A DNA stretch of 64,000 bases from Bugula neritina (lineage: Eukaryota; Animalia; Bryozoa): assembly GCA_964035545.1 (NCBI GenBank), contig OZ037767.1:18258259-18322258 (forward strand), given 5' to 3'. The first letter of the stretch is position 1. Each line of letters starts with the position of its first letter. Both the position numbers and the translations under genes were made by a program. Under the pieces are notes generated by a model. The model was given only the letters and a program-made list of their open reading frames with translations. It was not told the DNA's origin and ran no database searches. Below are positions 48,201 through 60,422 of this stretch, piece by piece.

Positions 48201-49107
48201 CGTACTGTAACATACTGAAACATACGTCAACATACTGAAATGTACTGCAATACATTGAAATATACTGCAACACGCTGAAACATCTGGCAACATACTGAAA
48301 TGTACTGCAACACATTGAAATATACTGCAACACGCTGAAACATTTGACAACATACTGAAATATACTGCGAGACATTGAAAATTACTGCAACATAGTGAAA
48401 TATGCTGTAACATACTGGATTAGACTGCAACATACTGCAACATACTGAAATACGCTGTAACATATTGAAATACACCGCAACACATTAAAATATACTGCAA
48501 CAAACTGAAACATACGGCAACATACTGAAAAGTACTGCAACACATTGAAATATACTGCAACACACTGAAACATCTGACAACATACTGAAATATACTGCGA
48601 GACATTGAAATATACTGCAACATAGTGAAATATGCTGTAACATACTGAAATATACTGCAACATGTCAAAGTATATCGAAATATATGGACATGTACTGTAA
48701 CATACTGACACATACTGCAACATACTAAACTATACTGTAACAAATTTGCTGTAACATATTGAAATGCACTGCAACATACTGAAATACACTGCAACATACC
48801 TAAATATCTGGTAACATGTTCAAACATACTGCAACACATTGAAATATACTGCAACATACTGATATACGCTGTAGCACACTGAAAAACAGTGCAACAAACT
48901 GAAATATAGTGTAATATACGGCAATGTACTGTAACATACTGAAATACACTGTAACACATTGAAATATACTGCAACATACTGAAACATATGGCAACATACT
49001 GAAAAGTACTGCAACACATTGAAATATACTGCAACATACTGAAACATATGGCAACATACTGAAAAGTACTGCAACACTTTGAAATATACTGCAACATACT
49101 GAAATAT

Positions 49108-49863
49108 CACAGGATAGTTAAGGGCAACCTTTTAGCTGCAACTGCCTTGCTGAGGTTTGCATTGTAATCATATAAGAATTCAGTACCAGTAAAATAAAAT
49201 CTCACCTAATTGTGCTAGAGTCAAAATTTAAAAACTATGTTGTAGATCTTTTTTTTCTCCAGTGTAAGATTTTTGGAACTTTCAATTTTCCTTTTTTTCG
49301 CAAAGTTATAGACAAAAAACTGCCGAATTTTGGCCAATTTTGCCTGAAAAGCTGACTTTTCAGTACCAGTAAAATATCTCAGCAGCAAAGCATGATATCT
49401 GAATAAAAATTGCACTGCTGGAATCCTGAGATATTTTTCCAGTGTAAGTTTTTTTCTTTTTTCAATAACTCTGCTAGATTTCTCAGAAATTGGTGATTTA
49501 TAAACTGAAAATGCCATATTTTCTCATAAGAAACTAGCAGCGCACAGCACTTCACGCTTCACTGAGCACGTAGGGATGAGAAGATATTGGCGCCTACATA
49601 ATAATTACAGGCTAGCTAGCTGGCAGGCTATAATGAATAGCTCGCTTTGTACTTTGTTTATGTAGCACCCATAATGGAATGTTGATAGATAATGCAGCCC
49701 TAACGAAGGTTGTTGCTTATTGGTTGTAGTTTAATCTTAGGCTAAACAATTACAAGTAGGCAACACGAATGCCACCCGCAGAGCAATATTATCCAAGAAC
49801 CTGAACTACATTTTGAGAGAAATTTATGACATTCTTAGTGAGGATGCCCTTAACTATCCTGTG
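49108..49863. mobile_element. 756-bp non-autonomous DNA transposon, probably CMC (EnSpm/CACTA-like) superfamily
   Basis: TIRs CACAGGATAGTTAAGGGCA(A/T)CCT at 49108-49130 and 49841-49863 (19 bp perfect, 22/23 overall). 2-bp TSD AT at 49106-49107 and 49864-49865; removing the element restores satellite gaaatatgctgtagcattcc. No transposase ORF. Superfamily inferred from CAC termini plus the 2-bp TSD. Confidence 0.9.
49179..49520 (+). repeat. Diverged ~180-bp tandem duplication inside the TIR element
   Basis: ttcagtaccagtaaaata at 49179 and 49359; tccagtgtaag at 49258 and 49438 (both offset 180). Confidence 0.75.
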
Positions 49864-52800
49864 ATGCTGTAGCATTCCAAAATACATTCTAACACACTGA
49901 AGTATACTGTAATATACAAAAACGTACTGTAACATACTGAAACATACGTCAACATACTGAAATGTACTGCACCATAGTGAAATTTACTGCAACATACTGA
50001 AATATATCGCAACAAACTGAAATTTATGGTAACATACTGAAATATGTTGCAAACTACGAAAATAAACTGCAACATACCGAAAAATACTGCAACTGTGCAA
50101 CATAATGAGATATACTGCAGAAATACTGAAATATCCTGCAACAACTTAAAGGTTACTGTATGATACTGAAATATACTCAAACACACTGAAATAAACTGCA
50201 AAATACTGAAATATACTGTAACATACTGAAACATACTGCAACATACAGCAACATACTGAAATATACTGTAACACATTGAAATACACTGCAACACATTGAA
50301 ATAGACTGCAACATACCAGAATATATGGTAAACTACTGAAATATACTGTAACACCTTGAAGAACACTGCAACATACTGAAATATACTGCAAGATACTGCA
50401 ACATACTGAATTACAGTGTAACATACTGAAATACACTGCAACATACTTCAACATACTGCAACATACTGAAATACACTGTAACATATTGAAATACACTGCA
50501 ACACATTGAAATACACTGCAACAGACTGAAACATCTGACAACATACTGAAATATACTGCGAGACATTTAAATGTACAGCAACATAGTGAAATATGCTGTA
50601 ACATACTGAAATAAACTGTAACATACGGAAATATATTGTGACATACTGAAATACATGGAAACATTCTGAAATATACTGCAACATACTGATTTATATTGCA
50701 ATATACTGAGATACACTGTAATATACTGAGTTACATTGCAACATACTGCAACATACTGAAATACGCTGTAACATATTGAAATACACTGCAACACATTGAA
50801 ATATACTGCAACAAACTGAAACATACGGCAACATGATGAAATATACTGCAGAAATACTGAAATATACTGCAACAACTTAAAAGTTACTGTATGATACTGA
50901 AATATACTCAAACACACTGAAATAAACTGCAAAATACTGAAATATACTGTAAAATACTGAAACATACTGCAACATACAGCAACATACTGAAATATACTGT
51001 AACATATTGAAATACACTGCAACACATTGAAATAAACTGCAACATACCAGAATATATGGTAAACTACTGAAATATACTGTAACACCTTGAAAAACACTGC
51101 AACATACTGAAATATACTGCAAGATACTGCAACATACTGAAATATACTGTAACATACTGAAATATACTGCGAGACATTTAAATATACAGCAACATAGTGA
51201 AATATGCTGTAACATACTGAAATATACTGCAACATATCAAAGTATATCGCAATATATGGACATGTACTGTAACATACTGAAACATATTGCAACATACTGA
51301 AATATACCGTAACACATTGAAAAACACTGCAACATACTGAAATATACTGCAAGATGCTGAAATATACTGCAACATACTGCAACACACAGAAATTTGCTGT
51401 AACATATTGAAATGCACTGCAACATACTGAAACATACTGGAACATACTAAATTATACTGGAACATACCGAAACATACTGCAACACAATGAAATACACTGT
51501 AACACACTGAAATACACTGCAACATACTACAACATATTGAAATACACTGCAACACATCAAAATATACTGCAGCATACCTAAATATACGGTAATAAACTGA
51601 AATATACTGTAACACCTTGAAAAATACTGCAACATACTGAAATATAATGCAAGATACTGCAACATACTGAAATACACTGTAACATACTGAAATACACCGC
51701 TACATACTGCATTATACTGACATACACTGGAACATATTGAAATACACTGCAACAAATTGAAGTATACTGCAACACACTGAAACATACGGAAACATACTGA
51801 AATATACTGCGACACATTGAAATGTACTGCAACATACTGAGATACACTGTAATATACTGAATCACACTGCAACATACTGCAACATACTGAAATACGCTGT
51901 AACATATTGAAATACACCGCAACACATTGAAATATACTGCAACAAACTGAAACATACGGCAAGATACTGAAAAGTACTGCAACACATTGAAATGTACTGC
52001 AACATACTGAAATATGCTGTAGCAATCGGAAATACATTCCAACACACTGAAGTATACTGTAATATACAGAAACGTACTGTAACATATTGAAACATACGTC
52101 AACATACTGAAATGTACTGCAACATACTGAAATATACCGCAACAAACTGAAATTCATGGTAGCATACTGATATATGTTGCAAACTACTAAAATAAACTGC
52201 AACATACCGAAAAATACTGCAATTGTGCAACATAATGAAATATACGGCAAAAACACTGAAATATACTGCAACAACTTGAAAGTTACTGTATGATGCTGAA
52301 ATATACTCAAACACACTGAAATAAACTGCAAAATACTGAAAGATACTGTAACATACTGAAACATACTGCAACACACTGAAGTATACTGCAACATACCTAA
52401 ATATACTGCAAGATACTGCAACATACTGAAATATACTGTAACATACTGAAATACACTGCAACATACCTAAATATACGGTAACATATTGAAATATACTGCA
52501 ACATACTGATATACGCTGTAGCACACTGAAAAACAGTGCAACACACTGAAATATAGTGTAATATACGGCAATGTAATGTAACATACTGAAATATACTGTA
52601 ACACATTGAAATATACTGCAACACATTGAAATAAACCGCAACATTCCGAAAAATACTGCCACTGTCCAACATAATGAAATATACTGCAGAAATACTGAAA
52701 TATACTACAACAACTTAAAAGTTACTGTATGATACTGAAATATACTCAAACACACTGAAATATACTGCAAAATACGGAAATATACTGTAACATACTGAAA

Positions 52801-55800
52801 CATACTGCAACATAAAGCATTATACTGAAATATACTGTAACATATTTAAATACACTGCAACACATTGAAATAAACCGTAACATACAGAAATATATGGTAA
52901 ACTACTGAAATATACTGTAACACATTGAAAAACACTGCAACATACTGAAATATACTGCAAGATACGGCAACATACTGAAATACACTGTAACATACTGAAA
53001 TACACTGCTACATACTGCATTATACTGCAACATACTGCAACATACTGAAATACACTGTTCCATATTGAAATACACTGCAACACATTGAAATATACTGCAA
53101 CACAATGAAACGTCTGACAACATACTGAAATATACTGCGAGACATTGAAATATACTGCAACATAGTGAAATATGCTGTAAAATACTGAAATATACTGCAA
53201 CATATCAAAGTATATCGAAATATACGGACATGTACTGTAACATACTGAAACATACTGCAACATACTAAAATATACTGGAACATACCGAAACATACTGCAA
53301 CATAAGGAAATATACTGTAACACACTGAAATATACGGCAAACTACTGAATTATGTTGTAACATACTGAAACATACCTCAACATACTGAAATATACTGTAA
53401 CACATTAAAAAACACTGCAACATACTGAAATATACTGCAAGATACTGCAACATACTGAAAAATACTGTAACATACTGAAATATACTGCGAGACATTTAAA
53501 TATACAGCAACATAGTGAAATATGCTGTAACATACTGAAATATACTGCAACATATCAAAGTATATCGCAATATATGGACATGTATTGTAACATACTGAAA
53601 CATATTGCAACATACTGAAAAGTACTGCAACACATTGAAATATACTGCGACATACTGAAATATACTGTAACATACTGAAATACACTGCAACATACTGCAA
53701 CATACTGCAATATACTGAATTACACTGTGACATACTGGAATACACTGCAACACATTGAAACATACTGCAACTCACTGAAACATTTTTCAACATACTGAAA
53801 TATACTGCAAGATATCGAAGTATATCGTAATATACGGACATGTACTGTAACATACTGAAACATACTGAAACATACTGAAACATACTAAAATATACTGGAA
53901 CATACCGAAACATACTGCAGCATAATGAAATATACTGTAACACTTCGAGTTATATGGCAAAATACTGAATTAAGTTGTAACATACTGAAACACACTGCAA
54001 CACACCTAAATATACGGTAACATATTGAAGCATACTGCAACACATTGAAATATACTGAAACATACTGATATACGCTGTAGCACACTGAAAAACAGTGCAA
54101 CACACTGAAATATAGTGTAATATACGGCAATGTACTGTAACATACTGAAATATACTGTAACACATTGAAATATACTGCAACACATTGAAATAAACTGCAA
54201 CATACCGAAAAATACTGCCACTGTCCAACATAATGAAATATACTGCAGAAATACTGAAATATACTGCAACAACTTAAAAGTTATTGTATGATGCTGAAAT
54301 ATACTCAAACACACTGATATATACTGCAAAATACTGAAACATACTGCAACACACTGAAGTATACTGCAACATACCTAAATATACTGCAAGATACTGCAAC
54401 ATACTGAAATATACTGTAACATACTAAAATACACTGCAACAGACTGCAACATACTGCAACATACTGCAACATACTGCAACATACTGAAACATACTTCAAC
54501 ATACTGAAAGATACTGCAAGATAATGAAGTATATCGTAATATACGGACATGTACTGTAACATACTAAAATATACTGGAACATACCGAAACATACATCAAC
54601 ATAATGAAATATACTGTAACACACTGAAATATACGGCAAACTACTGAATTATGTTGTAACATACTGAAACAAACCACAACATACTGAAATATACTGTAAC
54701 ACATTGAAAAACACTGCAACATACTGAAACATACTGCAAGATGCTGCAACATACAGAAATACACTGTAACACACTAAAATACACTGCAACATACTATAAC
54801 ATATTGAAATACACTGCAACGCATCAAAATATACTGCAGCATACCTAAATATACGGTAATAAACTGAAATATACTGTAACACATTGGAAAATACTGCAAC
54901 ATACTGAAATATAATGCAAGATACTGCAACATACTGAATTATACTGCTACATACGTAATACACGGTAACACACCAACATATTATACCGTAACCTGTAGAA
55001 ACATGTTGTGACATATTGAAATACACTGAAATATACTGAAATATACTGCAACATACTGATATATACAGCAACATACTGATATGCACTGCAACATACTGAA
55101 ATATACTGTAACATACTGAAATACACTGCAACATACTACAACATACTGAAATACACTGTAACATATTGAAATACACTGCAACACTTTGAAATATACTGCA
55201 ACATACCGAAATACATGGCAAACTACTGAAACATACTGTAACACAATGAAAAATACTGCAACATACCGAAATAGACTGTGACACACAAAAATATACTGCA
55301 ACATACTGAAATAAACTTTAACATGCTGAAATAGACTGCAACATACTGAAATACACTGTTACATACTGTAATATACTGCAACATACTGCAAATTACTGAA
55401 ATACACGGTAACATACTGAAATACACTGCAACATACTGCAAATTACTGAAATACACGGTAACATACTGAAATACACTGCAACATACTGAAATACACTGTT
55501 ACATACAGAAATATACTACAACACACTGCAACATACTGAAATACACTGTAACACACTGAAATACACTGCAACCTACTACAACATATTGAATTACACTGCA
55601 ACACATCAAAATATACTGCAACATACCTAAATATACGGTAATAAACTGAAATATACTGTAACACATTGAAAAAAAACTGCAACATACTGAAATGTAATGC
55701 AAGATACTGCAACATACTGAAATACACTGGAACATACTGATATACACTGCAACAAATTGAAGTATACTGCAACACACTGAAACATACGGAAACATATTGA

Positions 55801-58800
55801 AATACACCGCAACACATTGAAATATACTGCAACATACTGAAATATACGGCAACATACTGAATTATACTGCTACATACGTAATATACGGTAACACACCAAC
55901 ATATTATACCGTAACCTGTAGAAACATGTTGTGACATATTGAAATACACTGAAACATACTGAAATATACTGCAACATACTGATATATACAGCAACATACT
56001 GATATGCACTGCAACATACTGAAATATACTGTAACATACTGAGATACACTGCAACATACTACAACATACTGAAATACACTGTAACATATTGAAATACACT
56101 GCAACACTTTGAAATATACTGCAACATACCGAAATATATGGCAAACTACTGAAACATACTGTAACACAATGAAAAATACTGCAACATACCGAAATAGACT
56201 GTAACACACTTAAATATACTGCAACATACTGAAATACACTGTTACATACTGTAATATACTGCAACATACTGCAAATTACTGAAATACACGGTAACATACT
56301 GAAATACACTGCAACATACTGCAAATTACTGAAATACACGGTAACATACTGAAATACACTGCAACATACTGAAATACACTGCAACATACTACAACATATT
56401 GAATTACACTGCAACACATCAAAATATACTGCAACATACCTAAATATACGGTAATAAACTGAAATATACTGTAACACATTGAAAAAAATACTGCAACATA
56501 CTGAAATGTAATGCAAGATACTGCAACATACTGAAATACACTGTAACATACTGAAATACACTGCAACATACTGCATTATACTGACATACACTGGAACATA
56601 TTGATATACACTGCAACAAATTGAAGTATACTGCAACACACTGAAACATATGGAAACATATTGAAACACACCGCAACACATTGAAATATACTGCAACATA
56701 CTGAAACATACGGCAACATACTGAAAAGTACTGCAACACATTGAAATTTACTGCAACATACTGAAATATGCTGTAGCATTCTGAAATACATTCCAACACA
56801 CTGAAGTATACTGTAATATACAGAAACGTACTGTAACATCCTGAAACATACGTCAACATACTGAAAACCACTGCAACATACTGAAATAGATTGTAACACA
56901 CTGAAAGATACTGCAACATACTGAAATAAACTGTAACATACTGAAACAGACTGCAACATACTGAAAAACACTGTTACATACTGAATTATACTGCAACAAA
57001 CTGCAACATACTGAAATACACTGTAACATACTGAAATACACTGCAACATACTACAACATACTGAAATACACTGTAACATAGTGAAATACACTGCAACACA
57101 TTGAAATATACTGCAACATAGTGAAATATGCTGTAACATACTGAAATATACCGCAACAGATCGAAGTATATCGTAATATACGGACATGTACTGTAACATA
57201 CTGAAACATACTGAAACATACTGAAACATACTAAGATATACTGGAACATATCGAAACATACTGCAACATACTGCAACATACTGAAATACACTGTAACATA
57301 CTGAAATAGGATGCAATTGACTGTTATATACTGCAACATACTTAAATGTTTTGCAATATACTGAAAGATACTGGAACATACTGAATTTTACTGCAACATA
57401 CTGAACTATACTGTAACATACGTAATCTACTGTAACATACTGAAATATAATGTACCAGGCTGAAATATATTGTAACATACTGAAATACACTGTAATACTG
57501 AAATATACTGCAATATACTGATATATACTGCAACACACTGATACATACTGCAACACAGTGAAATAAACTGTAAAAAAATTGAATTAAACTGTAACATACT
57601 GAAATATACTGTAACAAACTGAAATGTACTGCAACATTCTGTAATAATTTGCTGCATACTGATATATACTGCAACATACTGAATTATACTGCTACATACG
57701 TAATATACGGTAACACACCAACATATTATACCGTGTGTTGTGACATATTGAAATACACTGAAACAAACTGAAATATACTGCAACATACTGATATATACAG
57801 CAACATACTGATATGCACTGCAACATACTGAAATATACTGTATCGTACTGAAATACACTGTAACATACTGAATCGTACTGTAACACATTATATATAATAT
57901 TCTAACACAATGAAATATACTGTAATATACTAAAATATACTATAACATACTGAAATATACAGCTGCATACTGATATATACTGCAACATACTGCAACATAC
58001 TGCAACGCACTGGAATATACTGTCACACACGTAATATACAGTAACACATCGAAATATACCGTAACATGTTGAAATATATTCTAACATATTGAAATACACT
58101 GAAACATACTGAAATATACCCCCAACATACTGATATATACCGCAACATACTGATATATACTGCAGCAAACTGAAATATATTGTAACAAACTGAAATATAC
58201 TGTGACATACCGAAATAGGCTGCAACAGACTGTTATACACTGTAACATACTGAAAGATACTGCAACATGCTGAATTTTACTGCAACATACTGAAATATAC
58301 TGCAACATACGTAGTCTACCGTAACATACTAAAATATAATGTAACAGGCTGAAATATATTCTATCATACTGAAATACACTGCAATACTGAAATATACTGC
58401 CACACACTGATATATACTGCAACACATTGAAATATACTGTAAAATACTGAAATAAACTGTAACATACGGAAATATATTGTGACATACTGAAATACATTGA
58501 AACATTCTGAAATATACTGCAACATACTGATATATATTGCAACACACTGATATATACTGCAATACACTGAAATATACTGTGAAATACTAAAATAGACTCT
58601 AACATACTGAAGTACACTGTAACATACTGAAATATACTGTAACCTACTGAATTAAACTGCAAGATACTGAAATATACTACAACATGCTGATATATGAATA
58701 CTAAAACATACTGAATCTTACTGTAACACATTAAATATATTCTAACATAATGAAATATACTGTAATATACTAAAATATACTGCAACAAACTGAAATATGC

Positions 58801-58968
58801 TGCAACAGACTGACATATACTGCAGCACACTGAAATTTCTTGCAACATACTGAAAGATACTGCAACATACTGATATATACTGTAACACATTGAAAAACAC
58901 TGCAACATACTGAAATATACTGCAAGATGCTGCAACATACTGAAATACACTGTAACACACTGAAATAC
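49864..58968 (+). repeat. 10-bp/20-bp satellite array, segment 3 (diverged subfamily II)
   Basis: Same monomers with more substitutions and indels; lies between the TIR element and the second LINE. Confidence 0.98.
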
Positions 58969-60208
58969 TTGAAAAAATAATCTGCAGGCAATTAAATGAA
59001 CATTTAAACCTACACAAAATTTTGTCGGTTTCTCAATTTGGCTTCCAACAGAAGAAGGGTGCACAAGACGCACTGTTTAAGTTTTCAGACCAATCCTTCA
59101 AAGCACTTAATGACTCATCAGTAATATTGGGTATTTTCATTGATTTCTCAAAAGCATTCGATACAATCAACCACAATATTTTGCTACAGAAACTACGAGA
59201 TTACAATTTTGATTCTCACTCCATAAGTTTAATCCAAAACTACTTGACCAATCGAACTCAGCATGTTATAATAGAGAACAGTATATCCAATTCCTTGCAT
59301 ATCACCTGTGGAGTTTCCCAGGGCTCTATCTTGGGCCCTGTGCTCTTTCTGCTGTACATAAATGATTTAGCTACCCATTGTCCTCTTTTTGACACTGTTC
59401 TGTTTGCCGACGACACAAATCTTTTTTGGAAGAGCAAAGATTTAAATGCTGATATTGGAAATATAAACTCCTCACTAAATAAAGTTAACAACTGGTGCAT
59501 TGCAAACAAACTAACTCTAAACTTAACGAAAACAAACTATATCATTGTTAAAAACTACCAAAAGAATTTTGTACTTAACAGTACCATCCATATTGACAAT
59601 ATACCTCTCTCACCTAGCTCAGAAATAAAATTTTCAGGTCTAGTCATTAACATTAACTTAAACTGGTGTGCTCATATAAATTTTTCAAGGACTCAGCTCA
59701 ACAAAGTAACTGGTATGATATACTTAGCTTCAAAGTTTTTACCATACAAAGCTTTGATTTTATTATATAACAGTCTGATAAACAGCAAACTTACATTTTG
59801 CTTAGAAGCCTGGGGAAATGCCCCTAAAACCCATCTGAACAAGTTGCTTTTAATTCAAAAGCGCATTATTCGCATTATTTTCCACAAATCACCTACTGAA
59901 CACACGTCACCTCTATTTATCAAAGCAGAAATTCTTCCTATTGATCTCTTGTATATCTACAGCCTATGTCTTCTTGGTCATTCAGCTTATTATACTCCAT
60001 CTCACACCAAACAACCACCAACTTACCTCACCAGACATTCTGAACTTTCCCTACCCTTACCTCTCTCTACCTCCGCAGCAGGTCATCGTCAAACGTCCTA
60101 CCAGATGTCTAGCAATTGGAAGAAACTGCCTCTCACTTTAAAACATCATCAAAGCTTTGCCACATTTAAATATTGTTGAAAAAGCACCTACTAAAATCTT
60201 TAACTTAA
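58965..60208 (+). pseudogene. Degenerate LINE ORF2 reverse transcriptase fragment
   Basis: Reads ILEKII...QFGFQ...FIDFSKAFDTINH...GVSQGSILGP...LFADDT...KFSGLVI. Conserved positions are altered (GVPQG to GVSQG, FLG to FSG). An apparent 1-bp frameshift at ~60171 stops the frame at 60179, while the shifted frame gives LLKKHLLKSLT* (stop 60206-60208), aligning to ALRDHLM of element 1. Confidence 0.88.
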
Positions 60209-60248
60209 TCTAAATAAATAGTTCCCACTATTTTTTCAACTGCCACTT

Positions 60249-60292
60249 GGGCCCCGCTCCTTGAATAGCTATGCTACTGAGCACATGGGCCC
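60249..60292 (+). promoter_or_regulatory. LINE 3'-UTR stem-loop (putative RT recognition element), element 2
   Basis: Nested stems GGGCCC/GGGCCC, GCTC/GAGC and TAGC(60266)/GCTA(60273); shares primary motifs with 17334-17378. Confidence 0.65.
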
Positions 60293-60402
60293 CCATCTTG
60301 ACTTTGATTGATATTATATATAAATTGAATTTAGCTCTTTTTGTGTTACTGTTGTATATTTGTATTTTTTTTGTCCTTTTGTTTTTTTGATGGAAATAAA
60401 GA

Positions 60403-60422
60403 AAACAAACAAACAAACAAAC
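60403..60422 (+). repeat. (AAAC)5 LINE 3' tail
   Basis: Five AAAC units after AATAAAGA. Confidence 0.93.

Larger units (their letters stand above)
17469..49107 (+). repeat. 10-bp/20-bp satellite array, segment 2 (subfamily I to ~32.2 kb, then mainly diverged subfamily II)
   Basis: Same monomers and orientation. The 10-bp phase is unbroken from 17471 to ~32510, followed by frequent non-10n indels. Confidence 0.99.
58969..60422 (+). mobile_element. 5'-truncated non-LTR retrotransposon (CR1/L2 group), sister family of element 1, older copy
   Basis: RT-coding insert, 3'UTR hairpin, AATAAA at 60395-60400 and (AAAC)5 at 60403-60422. No TSD; about 5 bp of target (actgc) appear deleted relative to paralogous satellite near 61600-61650. 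Confidence 0.94.

Noticed and set aside
48961-49080. 60-bp direct repeat beside the TIR element as a long target-site duplication
   Set aside because: Both copies lie on the same side of the element; it is an ordinary in-register satellite duplication, like the 50-bp one at 55391-55490.
49108-49130. RSS-like/Transib/ProtoRAG terminus (CACAG...)
   Set aside because: The sequence is CACAGGA rather than CACAGTG, there is no nonamer, and the TSD is 2 bp rather than 5 bp.
49221-49517. 98-aa minus-strand ORF in the TIR element as a transposase remnant
   Set aside because: Lys-rich product of T-tracts within the 180-bp internal repeat; no recognisable transposase motif.
58081-60416. ORFs 58081-59073(-), 59258-59509(-), 59941-60141(+) and 60228-60416(-), also 15699-15956(-) and 17361-17594(-)
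   Set aside because: Antisense or off-frame shadows of the LINEs, or chimeras running from LINE sequence into satellite.
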